Shown: positions 22,057 to 35,868, numbered from the whole stretch's first letter. The stretch is 46,553 nt of DNA, filler included, from Jimgerdemannia flammicorona (GCA_003990765.1; 2 parts of 2 records of this genome joined end to end with filler, not necessarily neighbours in it), one strand, 5' to 3'. Numbers and translations: made by a program. The notes: generated by a model from the sequence alone, not told the origin.

Positions 22057-22797
22057 TGCTCCTTTCTCTGCTATCTTACCGGTCACAATGGTTTGGTAGG
22101 CAACCTTCCGAGTCCACTTTCCACAATTATTACCCCCTCTACCTCAGGTTGGTTTGCTGTACCTATTGCAGGGCAGTGGGAGGGAGGCAATGGTGACAGG
22201 TTGCCCCTTTATCGGTGTCAGATCAGTGTCTTCTTCACTTTTTCACAGTTTCTGGTGCCTTCAGCTGCATCTAGAGTATATCTGTTTTGGTGCAGTGCCT
22301 TCTTCCTTTTGCTGTTGCCAACAAGGTATTGTCTCGGTGTGTCTTGGGCTATGTAGGGAGTTGGCTGACCTTGGGCATCAAGTGCTCAGTGTAGGTTATC
22401 TACAGGTCCTCGGTGCCTGTAGTGGGGCCCTCTGGCTTTGGCGAGCTTCCTGGCAAGCACAGTTCTAACATAGGTGGCTGCTTTTCAGGTGTTGTTGGGA
22501 TAAGAGGGGAGATGGCCATTACAGATAGGAGAAAGGGCGATAATGGTGAACCAGTAGGGTGCCAGGCTGGGGGCAGTCATCAGGGCTGAGGCAGGTGCTG
22601 CTTCGGTGGGGCCTTTTGATTGGTATAGTGCAGTTAGGTGGTAGGTGACACTCTCGGCTTCTTTTGGCAGGTTGGTGGGTTAGGCCCCAGTCATCAGGGG
22701 GGGTCAGGGGGCCTGAGGCTACCCATTTCAGGCATCTTGGCTACACTCAACTAGAACTGGAAGCTGACATGGCAATGTGATTGAGGCCCACAGGCTT

Positions 22798-23230
22798 CAC
22801 CTTTTTCCGGTACAATTCACGTTACACAAGACTTCAAGCAACAGTTTCCGACACTACTAGGAGAGAAGGTACTATCAACATGTCTTCAAGCAAGAGTTCC
22901 AACGGGCATACTGGGTCGGGGGGAGCTGGGGCTTTCGGCTGGCAGGAGGTAGGGAGGGGTTTTGGCCTGGGGATGGGGGCCTTTGGAGGGTCGAAAGGCA
23001 GCGAGGGCTCTGGAGGAGGACCAGTATTGGGTGGTAACAGGGGAAGGGCTGGCCCCTCCAGCTTTGCTGATAAGGTGAAGGGGAGTGGTTGGCCAGTTGG
23101 AGACAGGGCTGGAGACAGGGCTGGTGCTGCTGTGGGGAAGGGCAAGGCGAGCCTTGGGAGGGGGGGTGGTTCTCAGGTTGGAGGTATGAGCATAGGGTCT
23201 GGGGGAGCTGTGGCTGGGGGCGGGACTGCT
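22798..23230 (+). mobile_element. LINE copy 4: 5' leader plus ORF1 N-terminus (ATG ~22880), running into the assembly gap; least decayed copy
   Basis: Leader cacctttttccggtacaattcacgttacac; MSSSKSSNGHTGSGGAGAFGWQ; retains CpGs. Confidence 0.85.
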
Positions 23231-23330
23231 NNNNNNNNNNNNNNNNNNNNNNNNNNNNNNNNNNNNNNNNNNNNTTAATTAATTAANNNNNNNNNNNNNN
23301 NNNNNNNNNNNNNNNNNNNNNNNNNNNNNN
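23231..23330. other. Scaffold gap with artificial six-frame-stop linker
   Basis: 44 N, TTAATTAATTAA (23275-23286), 44 N. Contiguity across this point is unverified. Confidence 0.97.
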
Positions 23331-24385
23331 TTGAGGTAGCTCCAACGGGTGTCTCTATAGTGATGGGCGGTCCTTCAAATATCTCTATAAGACTCATTAG
23401 GTGACCTTGATGGTTGTCTCGGAGTGGGGTGGTGTGGAAACCTGGTTGAGTAGGTTCAGTTTGTTGGCTTCCTACGGCAATGCAGTTGCTGCCAATAGCA
23501 TTGGCTACTTCGGATTCTATCCCATTAGCATCTTCGGTTGATAGGCGGGAGAGGCTACCAGCTGTTACTCCTTGCAAGTGTATTATAGCCCAGGGAATAT
23601 TGCAGAAGATTTGATGGACGCGGAGGGCTCTCTTGATTAGCCGGCTGGTGGTTAACATTTTGGCAATGAGGTCTTCTTGGTCGCCTTCTTGAGTCTCATT
23701 GCGAAGGTGGTGTCCAATTTCGTAGTCATGCCAGAGGATTATTCATTCGGTAGTGTCTTTGAGCTGTTGGGTCATTATATACCGGTAGTTGATGAAGTGT
23801 CCAAGGTCCTCAGTGTAGAAGTTCAAGTGTTCGGAAGTATCAGGGCACCAGATGGCCTTCTTGATAGCTTCAAAGATCAGGGTCTTTGGGCCAGGCAAAG
23901 GGGTAGAGCGGCAGGAGGTCTGGTTGGTTTGGCGAATAGGAGGCATTGTGTGGTGGGTACTTGGTTCTTTGATGCTGATCCTTGAGGCGGAGTAGGGTTC
24001 CTTAAATAACGTGGTCTTCATTTTGGCTCGGGTCATCTTGTCTTCTTTTGGTGAAATCACTTGACGGATTAGGCTGGTCACCAGTTATCGCACCATAATG
24101 TCGTCTGATCTTGTGGTCACAGGGTACTCCGAATTTGGATAGGGTCAATTGTAGACATCACAATAGTTTCAGATCAGGTTAAAGATAGATAATATATAAT
24201 TCTAGATTAGATTAAAGACAAATAATATATAATTCTGGATTAGCTGTTTTTTAGATTAGATTTTAAGTTTATCAGATCAGATTTGTAAAATACTAACTAG
24301 AGGTAGAGTGGTATAGAAGCCAGCATTCTAGCTATATCTAACTAAAATCAGAAGCTGATATAATAATACAATTGAGGCCTATAGG

Positions 24386-24828
24386 TATAATAATTTCACA
24401 GTTATATTTAGTCTTAGTATATTTTTATATCTTTTAGTTAGTCTTTTCTTATGTTCTGTCATCTTCTACTTGCTTAGAAATCTTCTCTCAGTATTCAGAC
24501 AACACTAGAACATTCTTATCTTTCCTTAGTACTAAGTATCTTATCTTAGCTAGTCAAGGAACCTTTCAGAATATTATAGAATAGTATTAGTCAGCTTTGC
24601 TGAGAACTTATTTCTTAGTATTTCTCTTTCTTTCCAAGATCCTTCTAGATCTTTTTTTCAGATTCTATATAAATATCCTTGTTCTCTGTCTGAATAAAGC
24701 TTAGAATATTTTTCTCCTAGAAATCCTTCAAGAATACTTGAATCTTTAAGTATCTCTTTGAGCTACTTTAGGTCAACTAGAACTTTCAGATTTAGCCACT
24801 TCCTCTTAAAGAAACTAGAACCATTACA
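24386..24828 (+). repeat. 5' LTR (T[G>A]TAAT...TTACA)
   Basis: Collinear with 35869-36335. Confidence 0.92.
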
Positions 24829-24919
24829 CTTAGTAGCAGTGGTGTTATTACATATACCTTGCCTTATTAAGAAACCTCACACGAATTTGGAAACCAGTCA
24901 CAACTAGTCACATAAACCC

Positions 24920-25880
24920 AAAATGAGCTACAAAGAGTCAGTCTATCAGTCAGACCCCTCTGCTATAGAAGAAGCAGGAGGATTGTAGCTCAATATAGAA
25001 GATATGATCAATGTCATGGCCCACCAAATTCAAGAACTTTAAGTACAACTAGAACAGCAGAAAATACAAACTATAGAAATATCACATCCTGCCATAGCAC
25101 TAGTTAGTTTCAAGCTACTCAAGTCAGATACCTTTGACAGCCATTAAGAAGAACTATCTATAGATACATGGACCTTCTAGTTGGACCAATACTTCAAACT
25201 TACAAGAATGAAAGATGATATGTAAGTCCAATTTGCCACCACACTTCTTCAAGGAAATGCAGCCATCTGGTGGCACAATCATATTATAGTTATATCTATA
25301 CACTCATATATATGAATTAGAGACTGGAAAGCTTTCAAAAGAGCCCTTTACAAGCAGTTTAAGTCTGCTAATACTACCAAGCTAGCCAGAGACAAGCTAG
25401 TAAACATTAAGCAACTCAAGTCTATATAAAGCTATAATGTATAATTCTTATTAATTCTACTCAAGCTACTAGTAATATCTGAGGATAAAAAGATAGACCA
25501 CTATATCTGAAAGTCTGAAGGAAAACATACAAGTCAAGGTTGAGCTAGAAGAGCTCAAAAACCTTGATGAAGCTATAAGAATCATCAATAGGTTTAATAT
25601 TATCACCTTTGGCAACTACTTTGAACCAGAACACTATAAGAAGAACCACTTTGAGAACCATCACAGAAACCAACCAAGGATAGTTAACTTGGCATTAATA
25701 AATTTGGACACTATGAATAAAAAGAACACCAAGCTCACCCCTGAAAAAAAGGACTATCTGAAGAAATCTGGAGTCTGTTTCTTCTGTTACCAAACAGAAT
25801 ATATTATAACCAAATGTTCTAAGAAGACTAGTGAATCCTTAAGACCAGTCACTGTATTGTCCAAGGATATATCTGTCAAC
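24920..25880 (+). pseudogene. gag: gypsy gag remnant with degenerate zinc knuckle
   Basis: KxDTFD motif near 25120; KLTPEKKDYLKKSGVCFFCYQTEYIITKC is a decayed CCHC. Confidence 0.75.
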
Positions 25881-25889
25881 CTCATTACC

Positions 25890-26310
25890 AGTCAATCTGA
25901 GCTCAAGATCTAGAAGCTTCATCTAAAGGCCCAGATCTCTTAATATCAAACAGAAGGAGCCATTGGTCTTGATCTACACTTTGTCAAACAAGTCACTATT
26001 TCAGCCAAGAGCTGAACTCTAGTGCCTACTAGAATTGTAGTTCAATATCCTGAAGGACATTATACTAGAATTGCACTATGATCAGAACTTAGTGTTAAAT
26101 ATTATTTAAATATAGATGCTGGTGTCATTGACCTAGAATTTCAAGAACAAGTTCAAGTTCTGCTTATCAATCAGATGGATCAAGACTACATAGTTAAGGA
26201 AGAAGACTGAGTCATACAAATAATCCTGGAAAAAGCCAGTCAACTCAAGATCACAGAAGTCTAAGAACTCCCTGAAATCAAATGAGATCAAAGATTTTGA
26301 TAGTATTGAT
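25890..26310 (+). pseudogene. dut: Trimeric dUTPase remnant between gag and protease
   Basis: gatgctggtgtcattgacctagaatttcaagaacaagttcaagttctgcttatcaat translates to DAGVIDLEFQEQVQVLLIN (motif 3). Decayed motif 4 (DRVxQIILEK) and motif 5 (RxxxxFxS) follow. Confidence 0.75.
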
Positions 26311-26346
26311 CAAGCAGTAAGTCTTAGTGAAAATCAAGTTCAAGCT

Positions 26347-29300
26347 ATGCTCATTTTCAAAGGCCTAGTCAAAGGAAAAGAAGTTCAAGTACTTATAGAC
26401 AGTAGAGCTACAGAGAACTTCGTCAATCAGAACCTTATCAAAAGTCTCAAGATTCTTACCAAGCCTATACCCAAGAACAATAGTATAGTTACTACAGATA
26501 GTACTCTATACCCCATTGTGTCAATTGCTATCAAACTACCCATCAAGATCCAGAAATATTGAAAATGAGTAAACTTTGAGATTGCACTACTAGAAGATTA
26601 TGACCTGATCCTAGAAAAACCCTAGCTTATGAAACACAACTCAGATATTAATTGGTATAAGAATAAAATCACCTTACTTTAAGATGAAGCCAACATCACT
26701 ATCAAGATAGACAAGACTATAAGCAAGACCCAGATTACAATACTATCAGCTATACAGTATAAGAGAGCACTCAAGAAGACAATATATGTCTTTATTGTAA
26801 TAGTCTGTCCTAAGAAACAAGACAAGAGACTATCAGTCAATAAAAGTATCAAGTTACTGCTAGAATAATTCAAGGATATCTTTTCAGATAAGCTACCTGG
26901 TCTACTGCCTATATGAGAAGTTGATTATAAAATTAAACTGACCCCAGGAGCTGTACTACTCAAGAAACATATATACTATATATCACTACTTGAAATTGAA
27001 GCAGTCAAGAAGGAACTAGAAGAACTACTTGCATAAGGAGCTATTTAGCCAAGCAAATCTCCTTATGGCTCACCAGTCTTATTCATCAAGAAAAAGTATG
27101 GTACTCTGTGAATATATATAGACTATTATATACTCAATAAACTTACTGTTAAGAACTACTATCCACTACTCTTGATTGATCAAATATTTAGTACTCTTAA
27201 GAATGCCAAGTACTTCATCAAGTTGGACCTCATGTCAGAATACCATCAGATTCAAATCAAGTCAGAAGATATTTCCAAGACTATATTTATAACCCCCTTT
27301 GGACTCTATAAATTTTTGGTCTTAGTATTTAATCTCACTAATGCACCCACCACATTCTAGACTCTGATGAATAAGATATTCAAGGATTAACTATTTATTT
27401 TCCTATTGGTATATCTTGACAACATCCTGATCTTTAGTGTAACTAAAGAAGAACACCTCAAATATATCTTATGACAAGACTACTCTAATGGCAAAATTTG
27501 ATATATCAGTAGTGACTATAAATTTTAGGTCATAATCTGCATTATACAGGACTAGAGCATAGGTCAGGCAGTTCTTGAGTTTTTTGAAAGACTTGTTGAC
27601 AGAAGAGGTCTCAGGTATAGAGTACATAGTGGTCTGAGTGCAGAGCCTTCTTCATGAGGTTAGTTAGTGGCTCAGCAATATCAGAGAAGTTTCTGACAAA
27701 GTGGTGATAGTAGCCAGCTAGACCAAGGAAGGATTAGAGTTCTATGAGATTTGATAGAATAAGTCATTCTTCAATTGCTTCTATCTTGTATAGATCTACT
27801 TGAATTCCTTGTACAGAGATAATATAGCCAAGATATTCAACTTGTTCCTTGAAGAATTCACACTTCTTGAGCTTGGTATAAAGCTTGTATTTTCACAGGA
27901 TCTCTAGGACTATTTGAATGATGGCAAAGGATATCATTCTATTACTTTCAAGTTCTACAAGTTGGCTCTAGCTGAACAAAAACTAGTCACCTATAAAAAG
28001 AAACTATTGGCAATAATATATATACTAGACTACTGGCAATACTATCTAGAAGATATTGAGTTTGATGTCATTACTGACTATTAATTCCTCAAGTACATCA
28101 ACACCCAACCTACTCTGTTATATTTATAAGCCAAGTGGAGTCTCAAGCTTCAAACCTTCAATCCAATGATCATCTATAAGCTTGGTAAGATACTTATAGT
28201 ACCAGATGCCTTATCAAGATATTCTGACCTTGCTACAATCATGCAAGTTACCTTGGCATCAGAATTCCTAGATCAAATTGGGCAAGCTTACAAAGAAGAC
28301 ACAGTTACCAAGCCTCTCTCCAGTAATATTCAGATTACACAACCTTTTAGCAATACTTTTAACACAGTTTCTAGAGAAAGGCTACTAGTATTATGGCAAC
28401 TGATGAGCATTCTGAGATGTATACTGGGTAGGGTGACCCAGGTGCATTTGACTAGCAGTATGTAGGGAGGGGCCCTGGCTTGGAGGGAAGTATGAGGGGC
28501 CTGCTGGTGGGAGGATGTAGTAGGGGAGGGGGCAGCACTAGAGGTCAGGAGATAGAAAGGGTGAGCTTTATAGATATAGTGAAGGGGGGTCAGCAGGGAG
28601 CTGGACTGGAGAGCTGGCTTAGGAGAGGCAAGGAGATGGTGAAGACTGTAGAGTAGTAGTCTCAAGGGTAAGTCTCTCTGGGGGGCCAGAGTAGTGGGGC
28701 TAGTAGTGTAGAGACTGAGAAAGTGACTATTGATGGGAGCATAATGGATAATCAGGAAAAAAATCTAGATAAGACTGCTGATAGTAGACTGAGTAGTGGA
28801 AAAGGCATAAGACCTAGTAATCTGATAGATGGTATAACAGGACTAGTGGTGGCACTATTACTCAAGAAGTCAATCTTAGAGTTTACAGTCACTTTGTACT
28901 TCTGGGGCTTAGTAGTGATGGCAAAAATAGTTCTGGGGCTGATTGCTAATCAGGTGGCTGAAGTAGTGTCCATGAAGTTTCTGAAGAGACTAAAAGGAGT
29001 AGAGGTTGGCTTCGAGAAGGCTGGACCATTGGAGGAGGCACTGAAGGTGGGGTTGACAGTTAGAGAGATGTATATTCTGATGGCGTGCTACTTGAGATAG
29101 GACCCCAGGGTGGTGTAATTACTGGTGAAGGAGGTACCTATAGTGATCACTGAGAAGACAAAGAGAAGAGTTGAGGAAGTCATAGCTGAGTATAACAAGG
29201 TAGTCGATGATAGGTTCTGGGTCTGAGAGGAGACCTTATTCAGGACTAGAAATATTGATGTTCAAATCTGATTAGCAGGGAAGGAAGCTACCAGGAAGGC

Positions 29301-32300
29301 TAGGGACTGACCTTTGGTGATGGTCTGGGAGGCTTTCTTATACATATAAGATGATAAGAGTGAAGAGGAGTGAGGAGGAGGAAGAGGATCTGCTGAAGGC
29401 ACTGGAAGAGCTGAGCAGTGCTGTAGAGCAGAGAGCTAAGGCTTAGAAGGTGTGTATTGAGTCAATGCATTTAGAAGTAGTGGATGAAAAGAAGATTCAA
29501 ATAGATAAGGAGTAGTGAAAAAGATATTAAGGATATAAGAGATAGAGAGAGCTGTTAGCAAAACTGGAAAGTAGAGTGAAGAAAGATGCTGGAATCATAG
29601 AGAGAGCCAAGGAGAGCATCTGGACCAGTAAGGATAGAGAGAATATAGAGAAGGAGCCAGGAGGGAGAGAGGAGGCAAAGAGAAATGACTCTTATATAGA
29701 TGGTATCTTTGAGGTCTGAGAGCTATCCCTGACCTCTATACTACTTATTAGATGAGGTCTAGCTTCAAGAGATAGAGTGGCAGAGGATGTACCTATACAG
29801 AGAGCCCAGAGAGTATACTTTGGAGTTCCTGAGGTAGCAATGAGGGGGCAGGTGATGGTGGTGGATGAGGATAAACTGGTGGATGTTCAGGAGGAGGAGT
29901 GAGATGAGGCTGTGAGTGCAGAGACTGATATCTCAATGCTGGATAGAGGGCAGCCAGTAACTCCCAGAGAGAAGAAGGTGGAAAATCTACTATAGATGTG
30001 CAAGATGATGAACAACTTTACAGTAGAGGAGTTAGGGGAGATAGACCTGTAAGTGATGAGTAATGAGTATTGAGTACATATTCTACATAGTGAGAGAGTG
30101 GTAGAGGCACTGAAGGTAGAGATTCTTGCTATTTTCCTGGAGAAGGGAGGGTATGAGATTGATAAGGAGAGAGAGGCTAGGCTGGCAGTTGTTGCTGGTA
30201 AGAGAACTGCTTTCTGTTGGGTAGAGTGGTATAGATTGAAGCTCTGGCAGGAGGCCTATCTGGAATATCATAAAGAATTCAAGGAGAAAGAGGATGGGAA
30301 GCTTATGGAACTTCTGGCTAGATTGGAGGCTAAGAGGACTAAAGAGGAGGAGGAAGCTGTGGAATATAATCTGGACCTAGCTTAGGATAAGATGAATATA
30401 GAGCAGTAGAGAATATACTTACTATTATATATTATTCCTTATGAATAGTATAACTAACATTTTCTCTTTAAATGTGAATGGGCTCTAGGGTTCATTTCAT
30501 CAATAGAACATTTTTGCTTAGCTGAAGAAATTGGAGACCAATCTCTTTCTTTTGCAGAATATCAGGTGCAAGAATGATTTAGATAGACAAAGAAATGGAG
30601 AGGAGAGGCAGTTTGGAAGGACAAGGTTGGGATTCTGGTCAGAAAGGGTAGAGGGGAGATATGTGATGTGTGGAGCTGAGGAGACAGGCTGGTCTGGGGT
30701 GAGTAGATTCACACTGGTCAGAAACTAGTTATGGTTGGATCCTGCTACTGTTCTGTGGTATGGAGTGAGTATGTAGAGTGGATGAAGAGTCTCCAGAAGG
30801 AAGAGACTCTGGCAGGGACTGGAGTGGACATGCTTGGAGGAGACTTTAATATGGTCAGAGATATACTATTAGATAGAACTAATGGAGGGTGGGGGGCAGA
30901 GGAAAGGAGTGAAGGTTTGGAGATATAAGAGGAAGTAGAGAGGCTGAGTGCTTTGATGAATGCTGGCAGAGAGTTGTGGGGTGACAGAAGAATATATATA
31001 TATTGGATGAGTAGTCTAGATATGAGGATTGACTAGATTTTAACAGTGGACTGCTGGGATCTAGATGTTTGGAGGTCTCTGGAGGTAGAATGGTATCTGT
31101 GATCTGATTATTAGAGATTGCTGGGATAGGGCTATTTTGGGGGGAGTAGAGATGGACTAGGACATTGGTGTCTCAACTTCTCCCTAATAGACAATAAGAT
31201 ACTGTAGAACAAGTAAGCTGAGGATATTTGGCAGAGGATGGAGGGGTAGATACAGGAAGGTGTCTCAGTTGGTATTAGATAGATGAGAATGAAGGAGGCT
31301 GCTAGGGTCTATTGGAGAGAGATAGATGTGGCAGCTGGGAGATAAAGAAGGAAGAAGAGGTTGTGGGCCTCTGCTAGATTGATGAGGCTGTTGGAAGATT
31401 GGGCAGGTTTGGTGGCCCTGGAGGGGATAGAGGATTGGAGATTACTATGAGTAAAAAAGGAGATTGTGGAGTTGCAATAGATATTGTAGGAGGAGGAGGA
31501 AGTACAGGTGTAGAGTATGGCAGCACATCTATATTAGCAGGAGCTGGAGGAAGGAGAGAGGCCCTCTAAGTTTCTCATGAGGACTCTTTGGGTAAGGAGG
31601 GTTTAGCAGAGATGAGAGGGGGTTCTTGATTCTAAGGAGATATTGGTGCATAGTATACAAGACATTCTCAGATCACTTAAGAAGCAGTGGAGTAGCTTGT
31701 AGAGTAAGGAGGAGGGTGGGGCAGAAGATGCTGTCATTGGTCTTACCTTAGAGGATTAGCACTCACCATAGACAGAAGGACTGGGCAACCTGGTGATACT
31801 AGTATAGGAGGAGAAAATTTGTCAGATTCTTGCTACAACTATGCTGGGTATAGTACCAGATAAGGATAGCCTGCCATGGGCTTTCTGGAAGAAGATGGTA
31901 GATGTTCCCAGTGTACTGGGAGAGCTGAGAGCACTCTGTGACTTAGTACTATAGTCCAAGAGATAGATAGGGGAGCAGAATCTGGAGCTAGTGATACTGC
32001 TGTATAAGAACAAGGGTAGGAGGGAGGACTGAAAGAACTAGAGGCCAATTATGCTACTAGATATAGACAGGAAGTTGATTACTAAGATAGTAGTAGTGAG
32101 GTTGCAGAAGGTAGTCCAGCAGATCTTGGGAGTAGAGCAGCAGGGATTTGTTAGAGGCCAACTCATTTGAGATAGTATAGCTTAGGTACATAGTGTTATT
32201 AAAGGGGCACAGGCCTGTGGATTGGATGGGTACCTGGTCTTCTTAGATCAGAAGAAGGCATATGACTGTATTTGGAAGGTCTGGTTGGCAAAAGTATTAG

Positions 32301-35300
32301 ATAAGATTGGAGTCCCTTAATAGTTCCAAGTGGCAATAGTCAGCCTACTAGAAGAGAGTAGGACTGTACTTATGTATAATGAGCATCAAGGGGTGGCTTT
32401 TCCTCTAGGTAGGGGTGTTCCCTAGGGGGACCCACTGTCTCCCATTCTGTATGCACTCTCCTTGGAGCCCTTAATAGATAGAATTCAGCAGAAGATAGGA
32501 GGGCTTTCAGTTTATGGCATTGAGTGGAAAGTTGGTACTTTTGCAGATGATATAGTAGTCAGTCTAGATTCAATTACCAATGTTGAGGAGCTCAAAAAGA
32601 CTATAGAGTGGTATGAGGCACACTCTGGGGCTAAACTCAATTGGCATAAGTGTGAAATAATAGTGCTGAGTAATGGCCTGGTGGGGGGGGATGTCATTGG
32701 AACAATTGTCCCTACTGGAGAGATAATAAGATACTTGGGTATCTATCTATTAGTATATGGGTCCATTCTTCTAAAACTCTAGTAGGAGCAGTAGGTAGTT
32801 ATCTGGGGGGAGGCTCTATGGAACTAGAGAGGCTACTACTTGTCTCTAGTAGAGTATGTTTCCATCTTAAATACTTACTAACTACCAAAGTTGTGGTATC
32901 TGACATATCATCTGGACTTTCTGGCCTGGGTGGTGAAGAGACTGCTGAAATTGGTCAAGGGGTGGATCTGGGCAGAGAGGAGGAGTCAGATTAGCTGGGA
33001 AATTCTGTCCTTATCAGTGACTAGAGGGGGACTCAGACTGGTTGACTTCCTAAAGAGATTGTACTGCCTGGGAGTATGGTGGCTGAAGAGAGCTATTGAG
33101 CTGGGGGGCAGCAGCTGGGTTCCTCTATTGAAGAAGGTCTAGGAGATGAGGTTCTTACTGAGAGAATCTACAGAAGATCTTCTATCCTTGGTTGGGCTTT
33201 AGAACAATAAGCATATGCAGTTTAAGGGCTTTTGGTAGAGAGTTACTGATGGAGTATACTGTATTAGTATTTACTGACAAGGAGATGAGAGAGAAAGGCC
33301 TTGGGGTCCAGTAATATGGAGATGGGACCAAGTGTTACTAGGGGGTATCCTCCTTAGTGACTTTGATATTAGTGATAGAGTTGAGTACCAGAGGGGGTTG
33401 GGATAGGATCTATGGTCCAGCAGATGGCAGCTAGTGGGTGTTGGTGAAGAGTGGGACTGGAACAGAATCTGAAACTAGAGCACTGAGGTTCAGTAGTAGC
33501 TACCACTGAAGTATTGGGTGGTCTGGTAGTATATATTGAGGAAGAATATCATACTCAACTTTTGCTCTGGCCACCTGGTAGAAGGGGGAACTTTTGACTG
33601 TGAGGAGTGCTATAATATTAGACAGAAAGGGGGTTTTGTACAGATGCCTAAATATTGGCTAGGGGAGTGTGAGGTACTCAGTGACTTCTAGATAGTAGTT
33701 GGGAAGAGGTTGAGTATTATGTAGAGAGAGAATAGTGTGAGGGGTCAGTAGGAGGATCTGTGAGATAGATTGATAGGAGGGGTTGAGAGAGAGTAACTTA
33801 CTTTAGAGTAGGTGCTAGCTATATAGATAGAGTTGGCAGAATACTAGCTATATATATTTGAGAATAGGAGATATCTGGGCTTAGGAGCATGACTGCTGTA
33901 ATAAAGAACTGATGGAGGATACTCTGTAGAGTTAGTGGTATGAGTGGAGACTACAGAGTGGTTAGTAGTATTGTTTGGTAGAGAAGATATGTGGATAGAG
34001 TGGGGGGAGGGTTGGGGTCATGGGAGACAGGGTGATTTTCAAATATATATGAAGAGATAGGGGGAGAGGGGGGGGTTCCCTTATAGGAATTGGGTAGTGG
34101 GAGGAGATAATGTAAATTTATATATAGATTGGTGAAGTTTAAGTTACTATAAAAAAAAAAAAAACATAGTCACCAGTAGAGTTTTCTTAAATAAGCTTAA
34201 GAATATATATATGGTTGAGAATAACCTGATCTATTATCAAGATCAAGTCTATCTACTTGAAAAAATGAACCTATGCTATAAGGTTTTACAAGAACACTAT
34301 AACTCTCCTCTTACCAGTCATCCAGAAATTGAGAAGACTGTCAAGAATATCCAATACCACTACTATTGGTCAAGCATGGTTAAGGAAATCAAGAATATAT
34401 TGCCAGCTATGATCTATGCTAGTACAACAAGTCTACCAACCAAGTATCTGCCAGTTTGTTACAACTACTGCTAATTCCTACTAAGAAATTTGAGCAAGTT
34501 ACCATAGACTTTATAACTTAACTACTATGAACTCAATCTGGTGCTAATGTTATCATCATATTTGTTGACTGCCTGACTAAGACTATGGTTGCTGAACCAA
34601 CTACTATCAATGCTACTATACCTAAGATTGTAAGAATCTTCTTTAAGTCCATCTTCTGTCACTATGACCTACTATGAGTAATTGTCAGTAATCATGACCC
34701 CAAGTTCATCAGTTACTTCTGACAAACTCTCTTCAAGACTCTGGAAACCCAATTGGCTATGTTTACTACTTTCTACCCACAAACTGATGGACAAACTAGA
34801 CATATGAACAGAACTCTAGAACAAATACTTAGAAAATATTTCTTATGAGTAAGATAATTGAGATCATTATCTAACTTATGCAGAGTTTATATACAACAAT
34901 ACCATCCAATCATCTACTGGTCTTTTCCCTTTCCAGTTACTCTATGGTCAAGATCCTGAGACCTCTGCAAGTCTTTTTCCTTTCAAGAAAAGCAGTCAAA
35001 TATAAGTTCCTACTATTAAGAGCCTTACATAAACTACTCAAGATTGCTACTATGAATCTTCAGAAGACTCAATAGCATCAAGCCAAATATACTAATAAGA
35101 AATGCTATGATATCACTTATACTATTAGAGATCAAGTCCTACTGTCTACCAAGAATCTCAAGATATAATCTCAAGTCAATTACTCTTTGAACAAGTTCTA
35201 ACTCAAGTATATTAGATCTTTCAAGATCACTGAACAAGTCTCTGCATTCTCCTATCACCTCAAGCTATCTGAAACCATAAGAGTACATTCAGTCTTTCAT

Positions 35301-35545
35301 ATGTCACATCTTAAGACCTAGAACTAGTTACTGTCCTACTCTGGTTGAATTTCTAAGCCATCTACCTCTGTGATTATCAAAGACTATATCAAGTACAAAG
35401 CTGAAAAAATCCTTGACAAATGAATCTGCTACTACTATCCTAAATACCTAGTCAAGTGGATAGGCTACTCTAAATATGATACTACCTGGAAACCACTGAT
35501 CAATCTCAAGAACTCTTAAGATCTAGTCCAAGACTTCAAGACAAA
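26347..35545 (+). pseudogene. pol: gypsy pol (protease, RT, RNase H, integrase, chromodomain), interrupted by an inversion and a LINE
   Basis: VLIDSRATENFV (protease); KLDLMSEYHQIQI, TPFGLY..V..F.LTNAPTTF and YLDNILIFS (RT); HPEIEKT..YYW (integrase Zn region); F/YYPQTDGQT; YKAEKILDK..YLVKWIGY..TW (chromodomain, ~35390-35520). Confidence 0.9.
28311..34163 (+). mobile_element. Full-length L1/Tx1-like LINE copy 5 (ORF1 ~28400-30408; ORF2 from 30441) with poly(A) tail and ~12-bp TSD
   Basis: 5' leader, MNSITNIFSLNVNG, GGDFN, GTFADD, A-tail 34151-34163. TSD acacagttacca (28299-28310) vs acatagtcacca (34164-34175) differs only by C/T. The gypsy pol resumes after it. Confidence 0.92.
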
Positions 35546-35868
35546 ATATATTACCCAATCTCTGTAGTAACTTTCTTGAATTATCAATAACTTATGGTAA
35601 TAACTAGTATCTTATATATTGGAAGTTTACTTTGGGACTTCAGAACTAGCAGAATATTTAATGAACAAGAAGTCCACTAAAATAAAGCTACTAGCTGAGT
35701 TTGAATCCCTCCTAGTTGGTTAGTCTGATAATAGATCCTCTGCCCTATATGAGAATGGCTAATCTCTGTCAATATACTGATATAAGTTTGAGAAATTTTC
35801 ATTAAGTATATCTAGTCTTGTGTTACCTAAGAACTCAATGAGAATATTAGTTCTTAAGGAGGAAGAGA

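Noticed and set aside
22798..22980. HDV-like ribozyme at the LINE 5' end
   Set aside because: The conserved GC-rich block is explained by ORF1 coding (GHTGSGGAGAFGWQ), and I could not build the nested double pseudoknot in the short leader.
23275..23286. TTAATTAATTAA palindrome
   Set aside because: Artificial scaffolding linker between N runs.
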